The notes under the pieces were generated by a model. It was not told where the DNA came from. It searched no databases and saw only the letters and a list, made by a program, of their open reading frames with translations. From Gammaproteobacteria bacterium (lineage in GTDB: Bacteria; Pseudomonadota; Gammaproteobacteria; Ga0077554; Ga007554), in assembly GCA_046590885.1 (NCBI GenBank), contig JBKJTS010000237.1, forward strand, positions 1 to 34,416: a DNA stretch of 34,416 nucleotides, written 5' to 3'. Both the position numbers and the translations under genes were made by a program. Below, piece by piece: positions 1 to 9,203 of this stretch (within the stretch, counting starts at the first letter, position 1; each line of letters starts with the position of its first letter).

Positions 1-1407
1 CGGCTCGTCAAGCACCAGCACGTTCGCCGGTTTGGTGAAGAGATGCGCGAGCAGCAGGCGGTTGCGTTCACCGCCGGACAGGCTTTTCACCAGTGCGAAA
101 GCGCTTTCGGGCGGGAACAGGAAATCTCCAAGATAACCGATCACGTGTTTTCGTGAACCACCGATGTCAACAAAATCCGCCCCGGGGCATACTACATCAC
201 GCAAGGTAGATTCGGGGTCAAGTTGTTCGCGCAGTTGGTCAAAGTACGCCACTTGCAGCTTGGTGCCGAGTTGCACACTGCCGCTGTCAGGAGCGAGTTC
301 GCCCAAAATAAGTTTCAACAGTGTGGTTTTGCCAGCACCATTGGGGCCGAGCAGACCAACACGGTCGCCGCTCATGATACGGGTGGAGAAGTTGCGGATA
401 ATGGTTTTACCGCCAAAAGATTTACTGACATCTTCCAGCTCGGCGACCAGTTTGCCAGAGCGTTCGCCAGTATCGACCTTCAGCGATACATTGCCAATCC
501 GGTCACGGCGTGCGGCACGTTCACGACGCAAGTTCTCCAGGCGCAGTACGCGGCCTTCATTACGCGTGCGACGTGCTTTTACACCTTGGCGTATCCACAC
601 TTCTTCCTGCGCGAGAAATTTATCGAACTCGGCGTTGAGTGTGCTTTCAGCCGATAGCAGTTCGGCTTTGCGTTGCTGATAGGTGCGAAAATTTCCGGGG
701 AAACTGGTAAGTTTACCGCGATCCAGCTCCAGAATGCGCGTTGCGATGCGATCGAGAAAGCGCCGGTCATGGCTGATTACCACTATGCTGCCACTAAAGT
801 CGCGCAGAAATTCTTCCAGCCACTCAATGGCGCTAAAATCCAGATGGTTAGTGGGTTCATCCAGCAGCAGAATTTCTGGCTGCATGACCAACGCACGCGC
901 GAGTGCGACCCGTTTGCGCCAGCCACCGGAAAGGGTGCTGATGAGTGAGTCTTCAGGCAGGCTGAGGCGCGTTAACACCTGCTCAACGCGGTTTTGCGCC
1001 GACCAGCCACCCTGCGCTTCAAGGGTGGTCTGCACAGTTTGCAACTGTGCCAGCAAGGTATCAGTGTCAGCCTCATGATGTGCCAGTGCATGGCTGATAT
1101 GATGGTAGTCGAGCAGTGTTTGACGCACATTGCCCAGGCCTTCAGATACGGCCTCAAATACTGTGAGCTGAAGGTCGAGTGGCGGCTCTTGTGAAACATA
1201 GGCGATGCGCGCAGCGGTGTCATGCCAGCGCGTGCCGCCATCGAGGGCTGATAGCCCCGCCAGGACATGCAGCAGCGTGGATTTACCTGTGCCATTGCGG
1301 CCGATGAGTGCAACTTTTTCACCAGCATCCAGGGAAAAGTCTGCGCCATCAAGTAATGGCCAGCGGCCATAAATAAGATGAGCTTTATCAAGCGTAATTA
1401 AAGGCAT
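1..1407 (-). CDS. uup: ABC-F family ATPase Uup (N-terminal 469 codons; the C-terminus runs off the window)
   Basis: It is absent from the ORF track because it has no in-window stop. Manual reverse translation from the ATG at 1405-1407 gives MPLITLDKAHLIYGRWPLLDG..GEKVALIGRNGTGKSTLL (Walker A), LSGGWRKRVALARALVMQPEILLLDEPTNHLD, the linker EEVWIRQGVKARRTRNEGR, a second Walker A GLLGPNGAGKTTLL, and SGGERNRLLLAHLFTKPANVLVLDEP ending at base 1. I checked about 400 of the 469 codons by hand (bases 1-90 and 301-1407) and saw no stop codon; bases 91-300 were not translated. Confidence 0.9.
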   Translation of the reverse strand, partial: MPLITLDKAHLIYGRWPLLDGADFSLDAGEKVALIGRNGTGKSTLLHVLAGLSALDGGTRWHDTAARIAYVSQEPPLDLQLTVFEAVSEGLGNVRQTLLDYHHISHALAHHEADTDTLLAQLQTVQTTLEAQGGWSAQNRVEQVLTRLSLPEDSLISTLSGGWRKRVALARALVMQPEILLLDEPTNHLDFSAIEWLEEFLRDFSGSIVVISHDRRFLDRIATRILELDRGKLTSFPGNFRTYQQRKAELLSAESTLNAEFDKFLAQEEVWIRQGVKARRTRNEGRVLRLENLRRERAARRDRIGNVSLKVDTGERSGKLVAELEDVSKSFGGKTIIRNFSTRIMSGDRVGLLGPNGAGKTTLLKLILGELAPDSGSVQLGTKLQVAYFDQLREQLDPESTLRDVVCPGADFVDIGGSRKHVIGYLGDFLFPPESAFALVKSLSGGERNRLLLAHLFTKPANVLVLDEP

Positions 1408-1422
1408 CGGGAATTTTGAGCC

Positions 1423-4245
1423 TTATGGTCGTAATGATTGCCGCAACACATACGGCAATATGCCGCCGTGCTGGAAGTATTCCACTTCATTGGCGGTGTC
1501 GATGCGTGATAGCACCGTAAATTGTTTTACCGTGCCATCGCTGTCTGTTGCCGATACCTGCAGTTTTTGTGCAGGTGTCAGCGCGGTGAGGCCGATGATG
1601 TCGAAAGTTTCGTGGCCGCTAATACCTAGGATATGTGCACTTTCACCGGCCAGGAATTGCAGCGGCAACACCCCCATGCCAACCAGATTGGAGCGATGAA
1701 TACGCTCAAAGCTTTCGGCGATCACTGCACGGATGCCGAGCAGCTTGGGGCCCTTGGCCGCCCAGTCACGTGAGGAACCGGTGCCGTATTCTTTACCGGC
1801 AATCGCAATCAGTGCTGTACCCTCTTTTTCATAACGCACGGCGGCGTCATAAATCGACATTTGCGTGGCCTCTGGCAAATGCAGTGTGACACCGCCTTCG
1901 ACGCCTGCGACTAATTTGTTTTTCAGGCGCAGGTTGGCAAAAGTGCCCCGCACCATGACTTCGTGATTACCGCGCCGGGCTCCGTAAGAATTGAACTCGG
2001 TGGGTGGCACGCCCAAGCCAATCAAATATTTTCCGGCCGGACTGATCTTGCTGATAGAGCCGGCGGGGGAGATGTGATCGGTGGTGACGGAATCGCCCAG
2101 CAGTACCAGCACGCGCGCTTGGTGGATATCAGTCAATGCGGCAGGCATGGCGGTGATGCCATCAAAAAATGGCGGTTCTTTGATATAAGTTGAATCGTTA
2201 CTCCACTGGAACAACTGATCTTGAGATACTTTGAGTCCATTCCATTCCCTGTTACCGTGAAAAATATCGGCATAGGTGCGTTTGTATTGTGTGGAAACCA
2301 CATGGCTGCGTGTCAGCTCGGCAATTTCTTCGTTGGAAGGCCAAATGTCTTTCAGATATATCATCTCGCCATTGGCATTGATGCCGAGCGGATCAACAGA
2401 AAGATCAATGTTGATATTACCGGCCAGCGCATACGCTACTACCAGTGGCGGTGAGGCCAGGTAATTAGCGCGTACCAGTGCATTAACGCGGCCTTCAAAA
2501 TTACGATTGCCTGACAAGACCGCTGCCACAGCAAGATCACCGTCGGTGACGGCTTGTGAAATATGTTCGGGAAGTGGGCCGCTATTGCCGATGCAAGTTG
2601 TACAGCCGTACCCTACCAGATGAAAGCGCAACGCTTCCAGGTAGGGCATCAAGCCGGACTTCACCAGGTAATCTGTAACAACACGTGAACCGGGGGCCAG
2701 GCTGGTTTTCACCCACGGCTTAACTTGCAGGCCACGCTGCACGGCATTTTTCGCCAATAAGGCAGCTGCAATCATTACTGAGGGATTTGAAGTATTCGTG
2801 CAGCTGGTAATGGCTGCAATCACTACTGAGCCGTGACATAGTTTGTATGCCAGCCCATCAGGTTGACGTATCGGCACGCACGTGCCAAATACATTCAGCA
2901 ACTCATCGGGATGTGCAGGTGCAAACTCCGGCGCGACCAGCATCGGATTGCCGCCTTCGTTCAGCCAGTCATTGAAATCATCTTTATCCAGGCCAGACAC
3001 TTCGTCCTTGTATTGACTGGCGAGTAATTTCCGGAACGAGGCCCGCACTTCACCTAATGGTGTGCGGTCTTGTGGCCGCGCAGGCCCGGCCAGACAAGGC
3101 ACCACAGAGCCCAGATCAAAAACCAGCGTGTCAGTGTAGACAGGTTCAGGATCATCGGGCGAATACCACAGACCCTGCACTTTGTAATAAGCTTCAACCA
3201 ACGGTATCAACTGTTCACGCCCGGTGAGACGCAGATAATCAGTGGTTTGTACATCGACTGGGAAAAGGCCAAGCGTGGCACCGTATTCCGGTGCCATGTT
3301 AGCGATGGTGGCGCGGTCGGCCAAGGTTAAGTGTGCCAGTCCCGGCCCGTAAAATTCCACGAACTTGCCTACGACACCTTTTTTGCGCAGCACTTGCGTA
3401 ATTGTTAACACCAGGTCAGTGGCAGTCGCACCAGCCGGCAGTTTACCTACCAGTTTGAATCCAACCACATGGGGGATCAGCATCGAGCTGGGCTGGCCGA
3501 GCAGGGCGGCCTCTGCCTCAATGCCGCCGACGCCCCAACCCAATACGCCCAAGCCGTTAATCATGGTGGTATGCGAGTCCGTGCCGATCACGGTATCGGG
3601 GTAGACCCAAGTGGTGGGGTGCCCTTGTCCTTCGTAATTACCCAGCGATGTCATTGCAACCGAGGCCAGGTATTCCAGATTGACTTGATGCACAATGCCG
3701 TTATCTGGCGGTACCACGCGAAAGTTGTTAAACGCATTCTGGCCCCAGCGCAAAAATTGATAACGCTCGCTGTTGCGCTGAAATTCGTAAGCAGCATTGG
3801 CCTGAAACGCCGTGGCGCTCCCATATTGGTCAACCTGCACGGAATGGTCGATCACCAGATCGGCGGGTGTGAAGGGATTAATTCTTTTAGGATCGCCACC
3901 GAGTTTTTCCAGTGCCGCGCGCATGGCCGCCAGATCTGCTACTGCGGGCACGCCGGTGAAATCCTGCAACAGGACCCGGGCTGGCATAAAGAAAATTTCC
4001 TTATCAGGCTCCGCTGTGGGATTCCACTTTGCCAACGCCTCAATGTCAGCTTTTTTAACAGCGACTCCATCTTCATGGCGCAGCAGGTTTTCCAGCAGAA
4101 TCTTCAATGAAAAAGGCAGACACGAAATGTCACCGATGCCTGCTCTACCTAACGTGGCCAAAGAATGATAATGATAGGTTTTGCCGTCTACTGCCAGAGT
4201 GGATTGCGTACCAAAGCTATTCAAGTTGGTTTGTTGCGTTGCCAT
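1423..4245 (-). CDS. acnA: aconitate hydratase A
   Basis: The 940-aa ORF has typical AcnA/IRP blocks: DSHTTMINGLGVLGWGVGGIEAEA, ITSCTNTSNP, GCTTCIGNSGPL, SGNRNFEGR and GSSRDWAAKGP. Confidence 0.95.
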   Translation of the reverse strand: MATQQTNLNSFGTQSTLAVDGKTYHYHSLATLGRAGIGDISCLPFSLKILLENLLRHEDGVAVKKADIEALAKWNPTAEPDKEIFFMPARVLLQDFTGVPAVADLAAMRAALEKLGGDPKRINPFTPADLVIDHSVQVDQYGSATAFQANAAYEFQRNSERYQFLRWGQNAFNNFRVVPPDNGIVHQVNLEYLASVAMTSLGNYEGQGHPTTWVYPDTVIGTDSHTTMINGLGVLGWGVGGIEAEAALLGQPSSMLIPHVVGFKLVGKLPAGATATDLVLTITQVLRKKGVVGKFVEFYGPGLAHLTLADRATIANMAPEYGATLGLFPVDVQTTDYLRLTGREQLIPLVEAYYKVQGLWYSPDDPEPVYTDTLVFDLGSVVPCLAGPARPQDRTPLGEVRASFRKLLASQYKDEVSGLDKDDFNDWLNEGGNPMLVAPEFAPAHPDELLNVFGTCVPIRQPDGLAYKLCHGSVVIAAITSCTNTSNPSVMIAAALLAKNAVQRGLQVKPWVKTSLAPGSRVVTDYLVKSGLMPYLEALRFHLVGYGCTTCIGNSGPLPEHISQAVTDGDLAVAAVLSGNRNFEGRVNALVRANYLASPPLVVAYALAGNINIDLSVDPLGINANGEMIYLKDIWPSNEEIAELTRSHVVSTQYKRTYADIFHGNREWNGLKVSQDQLFQWSNDSTYIKEPPFFDGITAMPAALTDIHQARVLVLLGDSVTTDHISPAGSISKISPAGKYLIGLGVPPTEFNSYGARRGNHEVMVRGTFANLRLKNKLVAGVEGGVTLHLPEATQMSIYDAAVRYEKEGTALIAIAGKEYGTGSSRDWAAKGPKLLGIRAVIAESFERIHRSNLVGMGVLPLQFLAGESAHILGISGHETFDIIGLTALTPAQKLQVSATDSDGTVKQFTVLSRIDTANEVEYFQHGGILPYVLRQSLRP

Positions 4246-4552
4246 GACTATATTCTCATACCTAAATTTCAGTATAGATTACCTTAAATATGCTCTGCAG
4301 GCACGGAATCTATGGAGACTCTATGATTTAGAGGATTACTGCCGCAGTGGGGGAGGGCTAAATTTCGGGAAGGGGGGGCACGTTCCTATCCCTATCATTT
4401 CAGGCGAAGTGAGAGATCTTTCTTAAGATTCCTCGCTACGCTCGGAATGACATAGAATTACTCCGCAGCTCGCCTGGAGGCGCCTACTTCTGGTGCTGCG
4501 GGGATTTTATTGGGGACAGCAGCACTGAATGTCCACTCTACTATTCCCGCCT

Positions 4553-5074
4553 TTATCTGTAGCTCACAATCTCATTCAAGTGGCGGCGTGAGGTAGGTTC
4601 CGGCATTTCGGCGGGGTAGCCTATGCTCAGCAGCGCGACCGGGCGTTGGTGTAGAGGTATTCCTAACAATTCTTTTACCGCCGCTTCATCAAATGCACCG
4701 ACCCAGGTAGAAGCCATGCCAGCAGCAACGACGGCCAGTTGTGCGTAAGCGGCAGCAATGGTGGCGTCTTGTATGGCGTACAGAGAGCGGCCGCGTTCAC
4801 CATATTGTTTTGCGGATGCCTCGGGATCAACGCAAAATACCAGGCAGATGGGAGCTTCTGAGATAAATGCTTGCCCGGCTGCAGCAGTGCGCAAACTATC
4901 GCGTTCGACGGGAGTGGTGACGACGATGATTTGGTAGGCTTGCAAATCACCCGCAGATGGGGCGGCACAGGCCATTTCGAGAATGGCGTGCAGTTTTTCG
5001 CGTTCTACGGGGATGTCAGTTTGATATTTGCGTACAGAATGACGGTGACGCACGGTTCCGAAAAAGTCCCACAT
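4553..5074 (-). CDS. nitroreductase family protein
   Basis: The 173-aa ORF begins RHSVRKYQTDIPVEREKLHAILEMACAAPSAGDLQ, a typical nitroreductase-fold N-terminus. Its start lies 11 bp downstream of the bamD stop on the same strand. Confidence 0.8.
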   Translation of the reverse strand: MWDFFGTVRHRHSVRKYQTDIPVEREKLHAILEMACAAPSAGDLQAYQIIVVTTPVERDSLRTAAAGQAFISEAPICLVFCVDPEASAKQYGERGRSLYAIQDATIAAAYAQLAVVAAGMASTWVGAFDEAAVKELLGIPLHQRPVALLSIGYPAEMPEPTSRRHLNEIVSYR

Positions 5075-5085
5075 AGTAGTCCCCT

Positions 5086-5868
5086 TTATTTTTTAACCTT
5101 CAGGTTTCGCACTTCAGCCAGGTATGAGTTTTGTGGATAATTCAGCTCCAGTACACGTAGTGCATCATTGGATAAATCATTCATGCCCAACAATTTGTAA
5201 GCCTTGGCCATGATGCCCAGCGCATCCGGTGTGGCGGGTGTGGTGGGGTAGTTTTCAAGGACATATATCGCGCGATTAACAGCGGCTACATAAGCGCGCC
5301 GCTTCATATAATAAGTGGCCACATGTATTTCATAACTCGCCAGCGTATTGTAGAGATATAAAACCCGCTGCGATGCATCGGGTGCGTATTTACTGGCAGG
5401 AAACAGTTTGACCAGTTGCGAGAAATATTGCAGTGATTCGCGCGCGGCGCGCGGGTCGCGCTCAGACGCCTCTTGCCCCAGCATGCGTTCCAGGTTACCG
5501 ATGCTGCGGTTAAATCCGGCCAGACCTTTTACATAGTAGGCATAATCGACATTGGCGTGACGTGGATAAAGTTTAATAAAATGATCAGCGGCAGCTACAG
5601 CAGAATCTGCTTCGTCATATTTATAGTAGGCGTAGGCGACATCGAGTTGCGCTTGTTGTGCATACGGGCCGAAAGGATAGCGTGATACTAGATCTTCCAG
5701 ATCTTTAATAGCTTTTTCGTAGTCGCCATTGTTGAGCTTTTCTTTGGCACGCTCATAGAGACGGCTCGCCGACCAGTTTTTGGTGTCATCACTCTGCTCC
5801 TTAAATGAAGCGCATGCGCCTAGAGATAAAGGGATGATCAAAATTAGTAATAGATGACGCAGATTCAT
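5086..5868 (-). CDS. bamD: outer membrane protein assembly factor BamD (lipoprotein)
   Basis: The protein is TPR-like and YfiO/BamD-like. I moved the start to the internal ATG at 5866-5868, which gives the lipoprotein signal MNLRHLLLILIIPLSLGAC. The gene is divergent from rluD-pgeF, as in the conserved proteobacterial bamD/rluD/yfiH locus. Confidence 0.85.
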   Translation of the reverse strand: MNLRHLLLILIIPLSLGACASFKEQSDDTKNWSASRLYERAKEKLNNGDYEKAIKDLEDLVSRYPFGPYAQQAQLDVAYAYYKYDEADSAVAAADHFIKLYPRHANVDYAYYVKGLAGFNRSIGNLERMLGQEASERDPRAARESLQYFSQLVKLFPASKYAPDASQRVLYLYNTLASYEIHVATYYMKRRAYVAAVNRAIYVLENYPTTPATPDALGIMAKAYKLLGMNDLSNDALRVLELNYPQNSYLAEVRNLKVKK

Positions 5869-5964
5869 AAGATGTAAGTTTTTCCTGAGCCTGTTAGGCA
5901 GTTCTTGCGCATCATGCGCGCACTGCACTTTCACATCCCTGTGCGGCGGGTGTGGTCTATTATA

Positions 5965-7113
5965 CTACTGCGTTAGATTTGCCTGGATGTCTTTAAAGCT
6001 GCGTATCCACGGTTTGCCTGCAACTAAATGCCGGGGAAGTTGCTTTATAGCATGTTGTGCTGCGTTTTTGGTGGGATAAACTCCGTAGACCAACACGTAG
6101 GTTCCAGCGCTGCTGCGAAAATAATCTGCCTTGCCCGTCAGATCATGCCGGACGATATGTTTTTTTATGAATTTTTCATTGCTGGTGCTGAATAACTGCA
6201 AGGTATAGTGCTCAGGTTTTTGTGACAGTAACCAACCCTTAGTCGATGGACGGGTCGATGGGATTGCAGTGTCTTGAGGCGGTGTGGGTGCTGCGAGAGC
6301 TTTTTCTACTCCCGCGTCAGCGTCCGTATCAACGGGGGTTCCGGCTGCAGCTTTTACGGGCATGGCATTGACTTGGGTTAATATCGCCAAGGCATCTGCA
6401 ACGGCAGGGGATGGCTGATAATTCTGGATAATGTATTTAGCACGTGCCGCCGCCCGGGCGGGTTCGTCTTGTGCCAGATAATGCTTGGCAATATTTACTT
6501 CATGCCGGGCCAAGGTATTGCGAATATGCAGCATGCGCTGCGTGGTATCGGCTGTAAATGCGCTGCTGGGGGTATTCCGCAACAGCTCCGCCAGATATTG
6601 AAATGCGCGCCGCACGGGTGCTGACGCCTGGGGCGAAGTGGTCGCGGCCACTCCTGCGCAGCCTACGTTTGTGGCACTTGTGCATCCCTGAACGGCGAGG
6701 GTCGCTGCTTCAAGTGCTGGCAGGCTAGCATAAAATGCTACCATACCGCGATAATAATAAGCGAAATCTACATTCGGGTGATTGGGGTTTTGGCTGATGA
6801 ATTTTTCGGCGTCCGTCACGGCCGTGGCGACCTGACCACGCTTAACACTTTCTGCGGCGGATTCGAGCAGAGCTTGCTGGGCATAATTATTGAGGGGATG
6901 GCGAATTGCCAGGGTCCCCAGATAGGTGGCGGCCTGCGAGTAGTTGCCGGTGAGCAGAGCGGCTTTGGCGTCGTTATAAAGCTGAAGATCCGCAGTTGCT
7001 GCTGATTTTTTTGTATCTTCCTGTTTTTCTTGGGTTATTGTTGATTTTGAGGGCGCGCAGCCGATAACGCCGGACACCATGAAAGTAAGAAACAGTAAGC
7101 TAGTTAAACGCAT
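5965..7113 (-). CDS. BamD-like TPR lipoprotein with a C-terminal SPOR (peptidoglycan-binding) domain
   Basis: The start is set at the ATG at 7111-7113, which gives the lipoprotein signal MRLTSLLFLTFMVSGVIGC. The N-terminal two thirds are collinear with the adjacent BamD (LYNDAKAALLTGNYSQA.., NPNHPNVDFAYYYRGMVAF, QRMLHIRNTLARHEVNIAKHY). The last ~75 aa, HYTLQLFSTSNEKFIKKHI..YVLVYGVYPTKNAAQHAIKQLP..GKPWIRSFKDIQ, resemble DamX/DedD-type SPOR domains. Confidence 0.7.
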   Translation of the reverse strand: MRLTSLLFLTFMVSGVIGCAPSKSTITQEKQEDTKKSAATADLQLYNDAKAALLTGNYSQAATYLGTLAIRHPLNNYAQQALLESAAESVKRGQVATAVTDAEKFISQNPNHPNVDFAYYYRGMVAFYASLPALEAATLAVQGCTSATNVGCAGVAATTSPQASAPVRRAFQYLAELLRNTPSSAFTADTTQRMLHIRNTLARHEVNIAKHYLAQDEPARAAARAKYIIQNYQPSPAVADALAILTQVNAMPVKAAAGTPVDTDADAGVEKALAAPTPPQDTAIPSTRPSTKGWLLSQKPEHYTLQLFSTSNEKFIKKHIVRHDLTGKADYFRSSAGTYVLVYGVYPTKNAAQHAIKQLPRHLVAGKPWIRSFKDIQANLTQ

Positions 7114-7168
7114 CGTGGTAAAATAGATCTCTATGATTGCAAAGGACACGTCATGGTTTTCGTACCTC

Positions 7169-7177
7169 ATTATATCA
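7169..7177 (-). promoter_or_regulatory. candidate extended -10 promoter element (TGATATAAT) for the BamD-like/SPOR gene
   Basis: The reverse complement of attatatca is TGATATAAT, which matches TGnTATAAT. It lies about 55 bp upstream of the ATG at 7113 in the 74-bp divergent gap shared with rluD. There is no convincing -35 element. Confidence 0.3.
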
Positions 7178-7187
7178 CCCATCCTGA

Positions 7188-8156
7188 ATGACCAATACAG
7201 AACATTTATCTTCGCGCGTTCCCGACACGCTGTCTGGCATGCGCCTTGATCAGGCGTTGGCGGAGATGTTCTCCAGCTATTCGCGTGCGCGCCTGCAACA
7301 ATGGATACGCGCTGGTCAGGTGACGGTAGACGCCCGGCAGTGGCGTACCAAAGACAAGGTGTTGGGGGGCGAGCAGATTGAGCTTACCGCCACACTGGCA
7401 GAGGAAGTGACCTCGCTGCCTCAAGCCATTCCGCTGCACATCGTGTATGAAGACGAACATCTGCTGGTTATCAACAAACCAGCCGGACTCGTGGTGCATC
7501 CAGCAGCCGGTAACCATGATGGCACGATGCTTAACGCGCTGTTGCACTATGCACCAGAACTGGTACATGTACCACGTGCCGGGATTGTGCATCGTATCGA
7601 CAAAGAGACCAGCGGTCTGCTGGTTGTGGCGCGTACCCTTACCGCTCAGGCCGATCTGGTGCAGCAACTCCAGGAACGGAGCATTGAACGCGAATATGAA
7701 GCGATAGCGATGGGCGTAATGACTTCGGGCGGCAGCGTTGACGCGCCGATTGGCCGCCATCCCGTAGACCGCAAGCGCATGGCCGTTACGCGCAGTGGCA
7801 AACCCGCCGTGAGTCATTATCGCGTGGTTGAACGTTTCCGCATCCACACTCATATTAAAGTCCATCTGGAAACGGGGCGCACCCATCAGATTCGGGTACA
7901 TATGGCCTATATTCACCACCCATTGTTGGGTGATCCGGTGTACGGCGGCCGCTTGCGCATCCCGCCCGGTAGTAGCGAATCATTAATAGCTACGCTGCGC
8001 ACCTTCAAACGTCAGGCACTGCATGCGGCGCGGTTGGCATTGCAGCATCCTGAAAGTGGGGAACCAATGGAATGGCATGCGCCGTTACCTGAAGACATGT
8101 CCGCGCTGATTAAAGCACTGCACGACGACGCACACGGATGTGCTAGTGTCGCGTGA
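7188..8156 (+). CDS. rluD: 23S rRNA pseudouridine synthase RluD
   Basis: It has an S4-like N-terminus (RLDQALAEMF..SRARLQQWIRAGQVTVD) and the catalytic block HRIDKETSGLLVVA followed by GRTHQIRVHM. Confidence 0.92.
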   Translation: MTNTEHLSSRVPDTLSGMRLDQALAEMFSSYSRARLQQWIRAGQVTVDARQWRTKDKVLGGEQIELTATLAEEVTSLPQAIPLHIVYEDEHLLVINKPAGLVVHPAAGNHDGTMLNALLHYAPELVHVPRAGIVHRIDKETSGLLVVARTLTAQADLVQQLQERSIEREYEAIAMGVMTSGGSVDAPIGRHPVDRKRMAVTRSGKPAVSHYRVVERFRIHTHIKVHLETGRTHQIRVHMAYIHHPLLGDPVYGGRLRIPPGSSESLIATLRTFKRQALHAARLALQHPESGEPMEWHAPLPEDMSALIKALHDDAHGCASVA

Positions 8157-8235
8157 GGCAAGGGGGAAGTCGTGAATTGTAAGGGGCTAAAGCCCCAACA
8201 ACACACGCAGCCGGGAGCGACCGAACGTATGGCTC

Positions 8236-8982
8236 ATGAGTAGCAGTACCGGTGACTGGATCATCCCCGACTGGCCCGCGCCTGCCAATGTGCATGCATA
8301 TACCACCACCCGCCACGGTGGTGTCAGTCTAGCGCCTTACTCCGCTTTTAACTTAGGTGATCATGTTGGTGATATCGCAGATGATGTCGCTGCTAATCGC
8401 GCGCAGTTACAGCATCGCCTTAACCTCCCCGCCGCACCAAGATGGCTGAATCAAGTGCATGGCACGCAGATTGTCAATGCGGCATTGGCAGCGGCAGGTT
8501 GTGCCGCCGATGGCAGTTATGCTATTGAGGCAGGTGTAGTATGCGTCGTATTGACAGCAGATTGCTTGCCCGTGTTGTTATGTAATCACGAGGGCAGCAA
8601 AGTTGCCGCCGCGCATGCTGGTTGGCGCGGTTTGGCCAATGGTGTAATAGAAACCACGCTGGCAGGGCTCGCCGCCCCTCCAGAAAGTCTCATGGCTTGG
8701 CTGGGGCCCGCCATCGGCCCACAGGCATTTGAAGTAGGCGCAGAAGTGCGCGAGATATTCATGGCGCACGACCCACAGGCAGCAGATGCCTTTAAACCTG
8801 CACCTGGCGGACGTTGGCTTGCCGACATCTACTTGCTCGCCCGACAACGCCTCGCCCGCCAGGGTGTAACTGCGGTGTACGGCGGTGGCGAATGTACCTT
8901 CACTGACCCGCAACGCTTTTATTCTTTTCGGCGTGACACCATTACTGGCAGAATGGCGAGCTTGATCTGGTTGGGAAAATAA
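8236..8982 (+). CDS. pgeF: YfiH/PgeF family (laccase-domain) protein
   Basis: The 248-aa ORF contains QVHG, LTADCLPVLL, AAAHAGWRGL and YSFRRD. It sits in the conserved position downstream of rluD. Confidence 0.88.
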   Translation: MSSSTGDWIIPDWPAPANVHAYTTTRHGGVSLAPYSAFNLGDHVGDIADDVAANRAQLQHRLNLPAAPRWLNQVHGTQIVNAALAAAGCAADGSYAIEAGVVCVVLTADCLPVLLCNHEGSKVAAAHAGWRGLANGVIETTLAGLAAPPESLMAWLGPAIGPQAFEVGAEVREIFMAHDPQAADAFKPAPGGRWLADIYLLARQRLARQGVTAVYGGGECTFTDPQRFYSFRRDTITGRMASLIWLGK

Positions 8983-9112
8983 AGGGTGGCTTCTACTTGG
9001 GAAAGTGACTAGGCCAAGTGCACTTGAATGTAATACGCCTCAATAATTTGTTTGATCTTTTCCAAGTTAGCACCGTTGTACAGTGTTGTTAATTATGTAA
9101 TTACCTATCAAT

Positions 9113-9124
9113 TAGTTATAACTA
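9113..9124. promoter_or_regulatory. perfect 12-bp AT-rich palindrome TAGTTATAACTA, a candidate metalloregulator (Zur-like) operator upstream of the ZIP gene
   Basis: The palindrome lies 80 bp upstream of the ZIP ATG and has a second palindrome, GTAATTAC, at 9097-9104. It shares the GTTAT/ATAAC half-site flavour of proteobacterial Zur boxes, but the half-site spacing does not match the remembered consensus. Confidence 0.2.
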
Positions 9125-9203
9125 TTCCCCCCGCTTTACTCCACTGCCAAGCCCTGATATAGGGTATTATGCCCACACATTTATAGATTGAACCTGTTCG
9201 ACC

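Noticed and set aside
164-1078. Several plus-strand ORFs (171, 144, 91 and 131 aa) cover the first kilobase.
   Set aside because: Their translations are Ser/Arg-rich and low in complexity, with no recognisable motifs. The opposite strand encodes an uninterrupted, textbook ABC-F (Uup) protein, so these are antisense shadow ORFs.
7206-7919. A 237-aa minus-strand ORF lies inside rluD. Similar long antisense ORFs occur at 3469-4110 (in acnA), 20305-20856 (in mlaE), 27224-27691 (hisG/hisD) and 31923-32558 (hisA/hisF).
   Set aside because: All lie antisense to confidently identified housekeeping genes. They have no family resemblance or plausible SD and show biased composition typical of shadow frames.
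8183-8196. A GC hairpin, GGGGC-TAAA-GCCCC, lies between rluD and pgeF.
   Set aside because: The stem is only 5 bp and is not followed by a T-run on either strand. rluD-pgeF are normally co-transcribed, so the hairpin is probably incidental.
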